Source: an uncultured Chloroflexia bacterium
GTDB taxonomy: Bacteria; Chloroflexota; Dehalococcoidia; GIF9; UBA5629
Reading direction: 5' to 3'
Assembly: GCA_963784375.1 (NCBI GenBank)
Contig: CAWAQY010000001.1
Coordinates: 12,486-76,485, forward strand
Length of the DNA: 64,000 nt
In this document: positions 21,503-32,995 of the stretch, piece after piece
Layout: each line of letters starts with the position of its first letter
How positions within the stretch are numbered: position 1 is the stretch's first letter
Translations under genes and position numbers: made by a program
Notes under the pieces: model-generated
Databases searched by the model: none
Seen by the model: only the letters and a program-made list of their open reading frames with translations
What the model was told of the DNA's origin: nothing

Positions 21503-22253
21503 TACCCATGCTCATCTAGATGAACTGGAAGGCCTGGACCTGGCCATAAACAGGGCAAAGGAGTCCGGATTGGAAGCAATTATTGCTGTTGGCTCAAATA
21601 TATCGTCAAATCTGAAAACCATGGCAATTTGCCAGCAGTACGCCGGTTTTGTTTTTCCAGCCTTTGGATTACATCCCTGGGAGATCGGGGAATTAAACTC
21701 TTCGCAAATAGAAGAGACGATTAAGTTAATCGAGGAAAACATCCCAAGTATTGCAGCTATAGGTGAGATTGGATTAGACTACGATAAAAGAGTCATAAAA
21801 AAAGTATCAAAAAGCACGCAAATAGAAATATTCACCCGTCTCCTGGCACTGGCAGTAAAATACGATAAACCAGTATCGATTCACAGCCGCTATTCCTGGA
21901 AAGATTGTTTTGAAGTTGTAAGCAGTTCAGGGGTCAAAAGAGCGGTCTTTCACTGGTTTACCGGCCCTGAACCTATTCTCCAAAATATACTCGGTGCTGG
22001 ATATTTTATCTCTTGCACACCCGCTGCCGAATATCACGACGAACATAGACGGGTCATCAAAGACACTCCTCTTGAGCAGCTGCTACTGGAGACCGACTGT
22101 CCCGTAGTGTATGGCAGAGATAATAGATATCGCTCTCAACCCTCAGATATTGTTCGTAGTTTGGCAGCAGTAGCACTGCTAAAAGATATAAATCAGTCCG
22201 CTATCGGTCAACAAACCACCAACAATGCAAAAATAATATTCAATATCAAATGA
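21489..22253 (+). CDS. tatD: TatD-family metal-dependent hydrolase/DNase
   Basis: 'MKIIDTHAHLD', 'IGEIGLDY', 'PVSIHSR', 'VFHWFTG', 'LLLETDCP'. Confidence 0.9.
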   Translation: MKIIDTHAHLDELEGLDLAINRAKESGLEAIIAVGSNISSNLKTMAICQQYAGFVFPAFGLHPWEIGELNSSQIEETIKLIEENIPSIAAIGEIGLDYDKRVIKKVSKSTQIEIFTRLLALAVKYDKPVSIHSRYSWKDCFEVVSSSGVKRAVFHWFTGPEPILQNILGAGYFISCTPAAEYHDEHRRVIKDTPLEQLLLETDCPVVYGRDNRYRSQPSDIVRSLAAVALLKDINQSAIGQQTTNNAKIIFNIK

Positions 22254-22316
22254 AATCCTGACATCATAAATTGCCCAGCCATCCGAAATGTCGTAAAATA
22301 CCCTACTGACCCAGAA

Positions 22317-23376
22317 ATGAAAATCACAGAACCGACACAAGCGGTGATACTCATTGGCGGTGAAGGTACCAGGTTGCGACCCCTCACATATACTACGGTA
22401 AAAGCAATGGTACCGGTGTTAAATAGACCTTATATTGAGTATCTTATAGAGCATCTAAACAATCACAACATTAAAGAGATTATATTGGCTATGGGATATA
22501 AACCGGATTCCATGAAGGAATATTTTAAAAACAAGGCTGCCACAGCCCAGAAACTTATCTATAGTTTAGAACAAATCCCACTTGGTACTGCCGGTGCTGT
22601 GAAAAATGCTGCTCATTATATTAATAAAAATAAACCTTTCTTCGTCATCAACGGAGATATTTTTGCCGATCTCAATTTTACTAATATGCTTAGATTCCAT
22701 AAGAAAAAGAAGGCAAAAGTTACCATAGCCTTAACACCGGTAGAAGACCCTACCCGTTTTGGTGTTGTTGAGATTGATTGCGATCAACGAATTCACCGTT
22801 TCATAGAAAAACCAAAACGGGAGGAAGCCCCCAGCAACCTGATAAATGCCGGCACATACATTCTGGAACCCGAAATTTTGGAGCGTATTCCTAGGGATAG
22901 AAAATTCATGTTTGAACATGACGTCTTTCCCCAGCTTATTTCGGATAACAAACCAGTCTATGGATATTCTACAAATACCTACTGGATAGATATAGGCACT
23001 CCTGAGAACTATTTAAAATTGAATTTCGACCTTCTACGTGGTGCCTGGCAAAGAAGAAAGTCATTGACTCGGAATGTACCATAGGTCAACATGTTCAACT
23101 GAAGGGAATGGTTCGTCTCATCGACCCAGAATGCACTATTGGCAACGACGCTATTGTGGCCAGGATATCGAATATCATTCTTGAACGTAAAGTTAACATA
23201 CAAAATTCCAATTGTGGTCGAATGTACATGTCGGCGAACACACAATTATCAAAAATAGTATTATAGGCAGCAATGTCTGTATCGAGCCTGCTACAGTTTT
23301 AGAAAATAACGTGATTGGTAAAAATGGCTCTATTCAGATAACTGCCAAAAATCCGGAATTAAATAAAGGAGGCTAA
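22317..23376 (+). CDS. NDP-sugar pyrophosphorylase (mannose-1-P guanylyl / glucose-1-P nucleotidyltransferase-like) with a C-terminal left-handed beta-helix; the C-terminal part is frameshifted
   Basis: 'AVILIGGEGTRLRPLTYTTVKAMVPVLNRPYIEY'. The hexapeptide-repeat tail 'ECTIGQHVQLKG...ECTIGNDAIV...VGEHTIIKNSIIGSNVCIEP' is spread over 23085-23376. Confidence 0.8.
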
Positions 23377-23378
23377 AA

Positions 23379-23713
23379 ATGGCCGAAAACTATAATATCT
23401 GCAGATCAGAACAATTTTCAAAAGAGTGTCCTGGATTCAAAAAAACCAGTGATGGTTGATTTTTGGGCTCCCTGGTGTGGGCCTTGCCGGGCCGTAGCGC
23501 CAATAGTAGAAGAACTGGCGAAAGAATACAGCGACAAGGCAGATTTTGCCAAAGTTAATGTAGATGAATCGCCGTTGGTTGCCTCTCAGTATGGAGTAAT
23601 GAGCATCCCTACCATCATCCTTTTCAAAGATGGAAAGCCCTTTGAGCAAATAGTAGGGTTCAAACCTAAGAAACGAATTCAAAAAAATGTTGGACTCCGC
23701 TCTCACTCCATAG
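23379..23713 (+). CDS. trxA: thioredoxin, with frameshifts at both ends
   Basis: 'VMVDFWAPWCGPCRAVAPIVEELAKEY...VNVDESPLVASQYGVMSIPTIILFKDGKP'. The RBS AAAGGAGG precedes the ATG at 23379. Confidence 0.9.
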
Positions 23714-23720
23714 GAGATTT

Positions 23721-24417
23721 ATGGCTGAAAATCTAACTGTACTGGGAGTATTTTTGGCAGGTCTCGGGTCCTTTCTATCGCCTTGCGTTTTACCGTTAGT
23801 GCCCGCTTATATTGCTACATTAGCAGGTAATACCGCACTCGATACCAAGACGAGGACCAACACACTGCCAACACTGCTTCACAGCTTGAGCTTTATATTG
23901 GGATTTTCACTGATATTCATCATACTGGGAGCGTCGGTTGGACTAATAGGTAGATCTATTAACGCCAATCCAGTGTTAGTGCAACAGAATTGGCGGCGGA
24001 TTGATTGTGGCTTTTGGTATATTCTTGATTGCAGCATATAAATTCCCATGGCTTAACTATGAAAAACGTCTCAACTTAAATACGAAGCGAAATCCCAGTT
24101 ACCTTCGTTCAATCGTAATCGGCGCCATTTTTGCTTTCGGATGGACACCCTGTGTTGGCCCAATACTTGGAGCAGTTCTGACCCTGGCCTGGAGCTCCCA
24201 GACAGTTGGAGAGGGTGCATTGCTTCTGGTAGTCTATTCATTAGGGCTCGGCATTCCATTTATCCTCATTGGGCTCGCATGGGGTAAAATAATGCCTCTG
24301 TGGAAAAGTTTAAACCGGCATCTCTGGATAATCTCTATATTAAGTGGTGTGTTACTTATCGTTATAGGAACATTAATGTTGACAGGCAATTTATCCTGGC
24401 TCAGCCAATTCGCCTGA
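23721..24417 (+). CDS. ccdA: cytochrome c biogenesis thiol-disulfide transporter CcdA/DsbD-like; one frameshift near 24,000
   Basis: 'GLGSFLSPCVLPLVPAYI' and 'FAFGWTPCVGPILGAVL', taken from ORFs 23721..24041 and 24001..24417. Confidence 0.9.
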
Positions 24418-24462
24418 ATCTAAGATCTTAAATCAGAAGCTAATGAAGGAGTACCAATCAAA

Positions 24463-24966
24463 ATGAAGCGAAGAATCTTAATGATGATAGTGGCAATCGT
24501 CGTGGTAGTTTTATCTTTAATCGGTTGTGGCAGCCAATCGTGCCCGGAGCTAGGTAAACCCGCCCCGGACTTTACACTGCAAAATACTGAGGATAAAAAT
24601 ATTACGCTAAGTGGATTAAAAGGCCAGATACTGGTGATAAACTTCTGGGCTACCTGGTGTGGGCCATGTCAGTTTGAAACGCCATTCTTTCAGGCAATAC
24701 ATGTTGAACGAGCGAATAAGGGCGTGGCAGTGTTGGCAATCGATGTCCAGGAAAGTCCTGCAATAGTTAAGAACTTCGTGACAAGTAAGAATATTACATT
24801 TCCGGTTTTATTGGATACTGACGCGCAGGTGGCCCAGAAATATTGCCTCCCCAATGCGCTGCCAATTACCTACTTCGTCAATGGTGAAGGTATCTTGAAA
24901 GCCAGGAAAATCGGGGCATTCCAAAGTCAGGCAGAACTGACAAATATGCTGAACGCGGTAAAATAA
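24463..24966 (+). CDS. TlpA/ResA-family thiol-disulfide oxidoreductase lipoprotein
   Basis: Lipobox 'LSLIGCGS', then 'LVINFWATWCGPCQFETPFF'. Confidence 0.85.
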   Translation: MKRRILMMIVAIVVVVLSLIGCGSQSCPELGKPAPDFTLQNTEDKNITLSGLKGQILVINFWATWCGPCQFETPFFQAIHVERANKGVAVLAIDVQESPAIVKNFVTSKNITFPVLLDTDAQVAQKYCLPNALPITYFVNGEGILKARKIGAFQSQAELTNMLNAVK

Positions 24967-24992
24967 AACGGGTTTTATGGCTGACTATACGA

Positions 24993-26403
24993 CTAAGAAA
25001 GATAATCTGACAAACCGCGGCTGCGGCTGCGATGACGTAATTTCGCCAGAGCTTCCTTTTCTATTTGCCGTATACGCTCTTTAGTAAGACCAAACTCTAT
25101 ACCAACATCTTCAAGGGTTTTGCTCCGACCATCATCAAGCCCAAACCTCGTTTCAATAACACGTCGCTCTCTCGGTGTAAGAGATTCCATAGCCTTTTTT
25201 AGCTGTTCCCCTAACAGAATACCCATAGCTTGCTCTTCGGGTTTGGGGCTGCTCTTATCTTCGATAAAATCACCAAGAATACTTCCCTCTTCGCCAATCG
25301 GAGTTTCCAGTGAAATCATATCTCCTGAGGTAACCTTTAAGAGCATGTCAAATTTACCGGGGGATACACCCATTTCTAAGATCAATTCTCCCTTGGTAGG
25401 TTCCCGGCCATGTTCACGCCATAGTCGTTGACGGGCCTTTGACAACGCTCTTGTCGCCTCCACCATATGTACCGGTAAACGGACAGTTCGGGATTGCTCG
25501 GCAATAGCCCGGGTTATAGCCTGCCTGATCCACCACGTTGCATAGGTACTAAATTTATATCCTTTCCTGTGATCAAACTTGTACACTGCGCGCATCAAGA
25601 CCTATATTTCCTTCCTGGATCAGATCTTGTAACGAGAGTCCCCTGGCAGCGTATTTCCGCGCCACACTGACCACAAGCCGCAAATTAGCCTGGACCAAAT
25701 GATCTGCAGCCTGGCTGGCCGTCTGCTTTACTTGCTCAAAATGGCGATTTATTCCAGCATTAGCCTTTTTTACAGTATTATTAAAAGCGGGGGTATGCGT
25801 CTTCTTTTCAAACTCAGCTGCAGAGGCAACCTTACCTGCACCATCAAGCAAATGCCACGGAATAAGACGACTGGTTAAAGATATTGAGATTATTCCTTTA
25901 ACAATCTCTTCTTCGCTCAGTTCTAATTCCCGGGCAAGTGCGCCGCTTAACACCGCATCTATTTGGTCATCGATAGCATGACGGAAATCAGGTCGCACAA
26001 TGAGTTCATCAATATTCTTACCTGCCGGTAGGTTTAAATATTGACAAAGACTGGAAAAAAGTACTTTTTTCTCGGTAAACTGTGCTAATATTAGCCATAC
26101 CACATCAGTTCCCGAAGGTTCATGATTATGGAGTGAGACCCAGTCTCCCTCAAGAGAGGAAAGATATTTATCTGACTCTATCTGACTACCCAGAGTTTTT
26201 TCCTGGGCTGCCGTAAGCAGCGGCGTTTGTTTGCATTCAGACAAATATAAACTTATCGAGTCTGCGGCTACTTCCACTTCACTTACGAGTGCCACATTGC
26301 CTTTTTGAGGCTTCTTTTCCTCTGCTTTTAAGCTCTCAGCCAAGATTTCTTCTTCATTCACAGGGAATATTTCTTCAATTTTATTAATGTTACCTAATAC
26401 CAT
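24993..26403 (-). CDS. rpoD: primary-type RNA polymerase sigma-70 factor; one frameshift at ~25,573-25,598
   Basis: Region 1.2: '[23 protein letters not shown]'. Region 2: '[31 protein letters not shown]' continuing as '[34 protein letters not shown]'. Region 4: '[28 protein letters not shown]'. Confidence 0.9.
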
Positions 26404-26697
26404 GACTACCTCTTACTTTAATTAACTTTTACTCTCAAACCAAGAATTTTAAATCTGAACCAATTCAGCTAGTAATCTGCTTTGAAACCCATTTTACTAT
26501 AAACATTCGTCTACAATATGCGACTTTAGTCGCATAATCCTATATTAAAAACATAAAAGCGAAGCCATCGATAACCTTGTTGTAAGCTGTATAGAGTATT
26601 TTAGAACTACAGTGTGAAGGAATTATGAAGAAAAGATGGATATTATGTGCAATTCCTATTCTCTATATCGGGTTATTGATATAATCATTACTCCACT

Positions 26698-27424
26698 ATG
26701 GAACAAGAAACTCTGCTTAAAGTATTAATAAAAGCCGGACTAGGGTCCAGACGGCAATTAGCCAATACTATTCGAGAGGGCAGAGTCACGGTCAATGGGG
26801 AAATAGCAGAGAATTTCTTGCACCTACTCAATATCGGAAGCGACATTATACAGGTTGACGGGCAACCAGTCAACTTCAAACCGTTTAACAAAATCGTTCT
26901 AATGCTCAATAAGCCGGCGGGTGTTCTTTCGACGACGAGCGATGATACTGGCCGCAAAACAGTTATTGACTTGCTTCCACCGAAGTATCATGATCAACAA
27001 ACTTTATCCGGTTGGACGTCTTGACAAAGAGAGTACCGGGTTATTACTACTCACAAACGATGGTGACCTTACCTATCGACTTACCCATCCAAAATTTGAG
27101 CATGAGAAAGAATATTTGATATGCACCGGAATCAAGCTGAAATTCGAGGATAAACTACTCATCGAAAAGGGAATTGCATTGGATGACGGAATTACCTACC
27201 CCGCAGTTATAAAAGAATGTACGAATTGTAATAATTACAACTATAGTATAACAATGCATGAAGGTAGAAACCGCCAAATAAGGCGCATGTTTGCTAAACT
27301 TGGGATTAATGTTATTTCGCTTAAGAGGATTAGAATCGGCAAACTCACTTTAGGAAACTTGAAAGAAGGTGAAACACGGGAACTTAACCCTTCCGAAATA
27401 GAAAAACTTTTTCTGAAACCTTAA
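26698..27424 (+). CDS. RsuA/RluB-family pseudouridine synthase with an S4 domain; one frameshift at ~26,920-27,020
   Basis: S4 domain: 'LLKVLIKAGLGSRRQLANTIREGRVTVNG'. Catalytic motif: 'YPVGRLDKESTGLLLLTNDGDLTYRLTHPKFEHEKEY'. Confidence 0.9.
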
Positions 27425-27463
27425 CTTACTTAAATAATAGCTCTTGCCGATTGCCTTTTATCT

Positions 27464-28159
27464 CTAAGCTTTATCCTCAAGCACTACCCGGGCATCAACT
27501 GCTATTGCTCCATCCTTATAAGCGAAGATAGGATTAATGTCCATTTCTTTTATTTCCGGAGTCTTCTCCATATAATCCGAAAGCTTCAGCAATATATCCT
27601 CCAGCATGGTAATATTTGCCGGTTCAGATCCTCGATATCCTTCAAGTAATTTGTAGCCTTTGATCTCTTTTATCATCTCTTGAGCATCCCTGCGGGCTAA
27701 AGGAACAATCCTGAAAGAAACATCTTTTAAAACCTCAACCCAAACACCACCCAAACCAAACATAAGTACTGGTCCAAATTGAGGATCTTTGGTCATCCCG
27801 ATGATAACTTCAGTCCCAGGCCTTGCCATATTCTGTACAGAAACACCCTCAATTTTGGCATCAGGAAACTTCTGTTTTACTGATGTCATGATTTCTTTAT
27901 AAGCTCTACTCACGTCTTCTTTAGTTTTCAGACCGACCTTAACCCCACCGGCGTCGCTCTTATGAGAAATATCAGGTGAGGCAATTTTTAAAACAACGGG
28001 AAATCCTAATTTCTGACTAATTGCGACTGCTTCACCTTCAGAAGCGGCCAGTTTAATTTCAGTCGTATTTATCCCTATCTCCTTGAGCAACTGTTTGGAC
28101 TCGATCTCGGTGAGGACCGTTCTATTTGATTTTTTTGTTTCCTCAATAATTCTACTCAC
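27464..28159 (-). CDS. acetate--CoA ligase (ADP-forming) beta subunit-like ATP-grasp protein
   Basis: 'LTEIESKQLLKEIGI...GFPVVLKIASPDISHKSDAGGVKVGL...DINPIFA'. No alpha subunit is present in the window. Confidence 0.75.
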   Translation of the reverse strand: MSRIIEETKKSNRTVLTEIESKQLLKEIGINTTEIKLAASEGEAVAISQKLGFPVVLKIASPDISHKSDAGGVKVGLKTKEDVSRAYKEIMTSVKQKFPDAKIEGVSVQNMARPGTEVIIGMTKDPQFGPVLMFGLGGVWVEVLKDVSFRIVPLARRDAQEMIKEIKGYKLLEGYRGSEPANITMLEDILLKLSDYMEKTPEIKEMDINPIFAYKDGAIAVDARVVLEDKA

Positions 28160-28239
28160 TGGTATTTCTCCTCTTTACGCAAATTAAAAATCTGTTCGAA
28201 TTCAAAACAAGATAAGCAGTTTTATTTTATCATAGTTCG

Positions 28240-29412
28240 TTACCCGCAATCACAACGCTGACTGTAGCCGCGCCCGGGAGCTCCCCCCTGATTGTGGGTC
28301 AAACCCAGATGAGGATTTTTAATCTGACGAGGCCCGGCTTTTCCTTGAAGTTGTTTGTAAATTTCATACATCATGCGCAACCCGGTAGCGCCTATGGGGT
28401 GCCCAAAACATTTTAAACCGCCATCTGTGTTTACCGGAAGTTTACCCTGCAATGCAAAGGTACCTGCTTCAATGTCGTCCTTAGCATGCCCGGGAGCGGT
28501 AAATTGCAGATCCTCATAAATTGTCAATTCTGTGATCGTGAAACAATCGTGTACTTCAGCACAGTTAATTTCTTCTCGAGGCTTTACGATACCCGCTTCC
28601 TTATAGGCAGCTATGCCTGCTCGCCTTGTTTCTTCCACATGGGCAAAATCATAAATCTGGCTCAGGTATCCCTCCCGCGGTCCCTGGCAAATAGTCATAG
28701 CTTTAATATAAATAGGATCAGGTCTGAATTTCTTGGCAATGTCGGCACGTGTTACGATTGCCGCCGCTGCCCCATCACTTACCCCACAACAATCAAACAG
28801 CCCTAAGGGATAGGCTATCATGGGAGCATTCATAGCCATATCGAGGGTAATTTCACGCTGAAAATGGGCTTTAGGTGATATTGTTCCATTGTGATGATTT
28901 TTCATTGATATCTGTGCTAATAATTTCTTGCCTTCCTCGATACTCAATCCCCACTTTGAAAAATAGCCGGTTGCCATCATAGCAAACTCAGAAGGCGCGG
29001 TTTCGCTGGGCACCCTATAACTCCAGGTAGCAGTAGGTCGTATCTGGGGTAGTCCGGAAAAACCGGTATCCTTCAACTTTTCAGCACCTACGGCAATAGC
29101 GATATCTACTATACCAGCAGCTACTGCATAACAAGCACCTCTCAATGCTTCAGAACCGGTAGCACAGGCATTCTCCACGTGTGTAAATGGTATATAGCCT
29201 AGCTTCAGAGGACATGCAGCAATTTGTGCCGTTTCACCAGCCCACACAGTTCCCCACCAGCCCGCCTGAATATCTTCAGGCCCTACGCCGGCATCTTCAT
29301 AAGCCTCATATACGGCATCGATCATCATATCCTCAATCGTTTTAGTCCAGTTTTCCCCGAATTTAATACATCCCATCCCAATAATTGCAGCTCTATTTTT
29401 AATACCTTCCAT
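28240..29412 (-). CDS. thiolase (archaeal / SCP-x-type acetyl-CoA C-acetyltransferase)
   Basis: 'AAIIGMGCIKFGENW', 'VENACATGSEALRGA', 'HDCFTITELTIYEDL', 'NTDGGLKCFGHPIGATG'. Confidence 0.85.
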   Translation of the reverse strand: MEGIKNRAAIIGMGCIKFGENWTKTIEDMMIDAVYEAYEDAGVGPEDIQAGWWGTVWAGETAQIAACPLKLGYIPFTHVENACATGSEALRGACYAVAAGIVDIAIAVGAEKLKDTGFSGLPQIRPTATWSYRVPSETAPSEFAMMATGYFSKWGLSIEEGKKLLAQISMKNHHNGTISPKAHFQREITLDMAMNAPMIAYPLGLFDCCGVSDGAAAAIVTRADIAKKFRPDPIYIKAMTICQGPREGYLSQIYDFAHVEETRRAGIAAYKEAGIVKPREEINCAEVHDCFTITELTIYEDLQFTAPGHAKDDIEAGTFALQGKLPVNTDGGLKCFGHPIGATGLRMMYEIYKQLQGKAGPRQIKNPHLGLTHNQGGAPGRGYSQRCDCG

Positions 29413-29449
29413 GTTTTCACCGTCCTTTGGTTATTATTATTCTCGATTT

Positions 29450-30879
29450 TTATCTCACCGGGCGGCATTTCCACCAGTAATTGTTGATGCCACCTACATA
29501 ATAGAGTTTCCTGAATGTCAATTCTATAGGCATTCCAACTTTAGTTTCAGCAGGATCGCGGTCGGTCATGTCGATTGCCATCCTGCCGCCACCTTCAAAA
29601 TCGAGAACTGTTACCGTCACCGGAGGATCGATAGTAGCATTGATATAATCATGACAAAAAGAAAATATCTTTCCTTTTTTATCCAGGAATGAATAGTATT
29701 CAAAATTATCCTTGGCACGGCAGGTAATACACACGCGTTGGGGAGGATATTGCGGTGTGCCACAATTTTTACACCTGGTACCGCGCATCTGTAATTCCTT
29801 CTCATTCTCTTTCCAGTGTGCCGATGGCCCCGGTTGCCGCAGTTCCAAAGGCGGGCGAGGTGGAGGTTGTACTGTAATTAACTCGCGCCATCTCAAATAC
29901 CTATTGTAATTAGAGAGCATCTTCTTAGATGCCACATATCCTTTTACCCCTCTCCTGCTTCCCTTTATTTTCTCCACACTATCTGTAATTTTAATATTAA
30001 ATACGTCACATCCATTTCCATAGCAAGATAACAGTATTCTGCTGACCTGCTTTAGCATCCTCCAGAGCTTCGACTAGAGATAACAGGGACATTGCTGAAC
30101 CTGCATCTCCCACCGTAGAGAAAAGACTATCCTTTGATTGCGTTTTGGGGTCAAATCCCAGCTTTCTTAACTACCCCTCCCAATTGACGTTGACTCGGAA
30201 TATATAAAACACATGTAGTAAAGTCCTTTGGCGCCAGGTTGAATTTCTTGAAGGCGCCTGTAACTGCCATAGGAACCACACGGTTATAGCCCTCATCTAC
30301 TATGAATCTATCCTCTGCAGAACGAACAAACAAGTCCTTATCTGTTCTCCAGAAATCCTGCAATTCCTCATAAATGGAATAAGTTCCTTCAATTTCCGCA
30401 ATAACTTCTTTATTACCTACTATGACAGCTGCGGCTGCATCTCCATAATTCATTTCAGCCTGGCCGGTAGGATAACCGAGACGAACTTCCGAAGCAACTA
30501 CCAGGATATTATTTGCCCAGCCACTATTTACTGCATCTGCCGCTGATCTTAGGGCATTTGTCCCACTTCTCAATGATCCGCCGAAATCCATGGTAACCGT
30601 CTCTCTCTTTAAGCCAAGAACCATCGCTATGGTAGCTGCAGTCTGTTTTTCTCTATGGGGAGAAGTTGTCGAAGCAAAAAACAAACCATCAATAGTCTCA
30701 ATATCGATACCTTTAGTGCAATCTCTTGCCGCCTCTATCGCCATGGTTAAACTATCCTCATCATAGTTTGCCACTGCCTTTTCACCCGGTGCTGGCGGCG
30801 CGTCCCAGGCACGCGCAATTTCAGCTTTGCTTAAACGATAATACGGCACGTAAGCACCATAAAAAGTAATTCCTGCCAT
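29450..30879 (-). CDS. HMG-CoA-synthase-like condensing enzyme fused to a DUF35 zinc-ribbon/OB-fold domain; about two frameshifts at ~30,040-30,190
   Basis: N-terminus: 'GITFYGAYVPYYRLSKAEIARAW...ASTTSPHREKQTAATIA'. Middle: 'VGDAGSAMSLLSLVEALEDAKAG' then 'RILLSCYGNGCDVFNIKIT'. DUF35 part: 'RCKNCGTPQYPPQRVCITCRAKD...VTVTVLDFEGGGRM' within the same ORF (29450..30058). Confidence 0.75.
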
Positions 30880-31113
30880 CTCTTATCTCCTTTGAAAAAT
30901 TATAGCTCGGCCGTTAACTGCAATTATTGATAGTGGTGAAAACGAAACCAATTAAAGTTAAACTGCTTTTTGCCCTGGAAAATGCCTGGAATAGGTGCCT
31001 GATTTGGTACCAAAATATTATGCCTAATCGTATGATATAAGTCAAACAAAAATTGCTTTGCAGAATATATCTTATACGATATAATGCTGTCCCCAACAAA
31101 CAGCTTCAATAAA

Positions 31114-31250
31114 CCCTCACCTTAATCCTCTCCCCTGAAGGGAGAGGGACAAAAGGAACTCTCTCTCCCCTTTGGGGAGATGTAAGTGAGGGGAGAAATA
31201 TGGTAAAAGCTGGCCCGTCACCTTAATCCTTTCCCACAAGGGAAGAGGAT
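31114..31250. repeat. intergenic hairpin-repeat array (array A)
   Basis: Two ~36-nt direct copies, 'CCCTCACCTTAATCCTCTCCCCTGAAGGGAGAGGGA' (31114) and 'CCCGTCACCTTAATCCTTTCCCACAAGGGAAGAGGAT' (31214). Each contains a hairpin. There is also 'TCTCCCCTTTGGGGAGA' and 'GTAAGTGAGGGGAGA'. Confidence 0.8.
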
Positions 31251-31274
31251 ATAGCGTATTTGTGCAACTAACTT

Positions 31275-32100
31275 CTAATGAGCGTTCTTCTTTGACAGAA
31301 AATCATACATCTGGGCTACACTCATATCCAGCAAAACCTTCCCGTAGTCACCCATCCCCAAGTCCATCGGATCCCGCTCAAATGATACTCTGGCAATCGT
31401 TTCTTCTTTTGTCCATCCTTGCTTTAGTGCGTTCTTTATCTTGTCTGATTGAATCCAGAAGAAACTCTTTCTCCGCTTTCAAAATACTTTTGCCACCAGC
31501 TTCACCATGCCCGGGAACAATATAGTCCACATCCATATTAGCAATTTTATCAATAGCCTCTAGCCAGGCATAGGGATCAGCCTCGTGCGTAAAAGCCTGA
31601 ATTTTATTATGAACATTGTCGCCGGTGAAGACTACTCTTTCTTCGGGGATTACTATTGAAATGAGGCCCGGGCTGTGACCTCCGAAATGAATTAAATGAA
31701 AAGTGTGATCCCCTAAATAAAAGGTAAGGTTTTGAGAGAAAGTAATTGAAGGGACATTGAGTTTATAATCCTTCACCAGAGGGACTCCGGCTGGATCCTT
31801 GAAAGCAACTACTTCCACCATCTGTTTTACGTTGCTTTTTAGAATGCACTCTCTTGCTTTCTCATGAGCAATGACAGGAACTTTAAAGAAGAAATCACAG
31901 AAATAATGGTCTTCGTGAGACTCGGTATTTATTAAATATTTTACTGTGCCTTTACTCTCAACTTCTTTTTTCCATTTTATCGCATCTGAAGGATTATGAG
32001 GAGTATCTATCATTACCAATCCTCCAGATGTCACAATACACCCAACGTTAGCCCCCGACCATCCTGTCTCGATATAGATATTTTTGGTCAACTGCTTCAT
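31275..32100 (-). CDS. MBL-fold metallo-hydrolase; C-terminal frameshift near 31,400
   Basis: 'INTESHEDHYF', 'GGHSPGLISIV', 'FTGDNV', 'IVPGHGE'. After the shift the tail reads 'IARVSFERDPMDLGMGDYGKVLLDMSVAQMYDFLSKKNAH*'. Confidence 0.8.
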
Positions 32101-32179
32101 ACCAACCTCCTTTAAATTTGGAGTTCATTTTCCGATATATTACCGAGAAGATATATGCGTATTTTTGCAACTCAGGACA

Positions 32180-32995
32180 CTAATTTAGTGGCAATTTACT
32201 TGCGCTCGCGTACCATATAATAAAATCGCTGCCCCAAACCAAAGTTAATAGAGCAGCAAAAACAAGGAATGGGCCAAACGGGATGCTTTGCTTCCTTCCC
32301 CGGACTTTTAGCAGCAGTAAAATTGCAGATAACAGACCCCCAATGACCACAGCAAAAAAGATTGCGACTAAAATCAGAGGAAATCCGGTGGTCAAACCTA
32401 GAAAGCCCGCCAGCTTTATGTCACCACCCCCCATGCCTCCCCGTGAAATAAGTGCTACCAGGAATAAGAGAGCGAATCCAACGGCTCCCCCGATAGCAGC
32501 ATTGACCACCCATAACTTGGAAATTCTGAAAAGAGTCCCACCAGCATAATCTGGTTCAAATCCGAGTAGGGTGCCCAGTATGGCCAGAAAGATAGCTGCA
32601 ATGGTACCTGCATACACTATCTTATTGGGCAAAATGCCTTGTTCCAGATCTGTGATAAATAGAACAATAAAAAATCCGGTATAGATGAGTACAATCAGCA
32701 ATTCATAGCTTACGTTAAAATGCCAGTATAAGAACATAAATAAAAGCCCTGTGATAACCTCTACAACAAAAGAGCGCACAGGAATTTGAGTTCCGCAACA
32801 GCGGCATCGCCCCTTCAGCCACAGATAACTGAAGATCGGTATCAAATCCCTGCGGGCTATTCTTCTCTGACAGGATGGGCAATAAGATGGCGGCGATAGT
32901 AAAGACTTGCCCGCGGAGACCCGGTCAGCGACAACATTTAAGAAACTCCCCACAGCAATTCCCAGAAAGAAAAACAATAGTAAAGTTAATATCAT
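32180..32995 (-). CDS. pilD: prepilin peptidase (A24 family)
   Basis: 'CPSCQRRIARRDLIPIFSYLWLKGRCRCCGTQIP' and 'GGMGGGDIKLAGFLG'. Confidence 0.95.
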   Translation of the reverse strand: MILTLLLFFFLGIAVGSFLNVVADRVSAGKSLLSPPSYCPSCQRRIARRDLIPIFSYLWLKGRCRCCGTQIPVRSFVVEVITGLLFMFLYWHFNVSYELLIVLIYTGFFIVLFITDLEQGILPNKIVYAGTIAAIFLAILGTLLGFEPDYAGGTLFRISKLWVVNAAIGGAVGFALLFLVALISRGGMGGGDIKLAGFLGLTTGFPLILVAIFFAVVIGGLLSAILLLLKVRGRKQSIPFGPFLVFAALLTLVWGSDFIIWYASASKLPLN

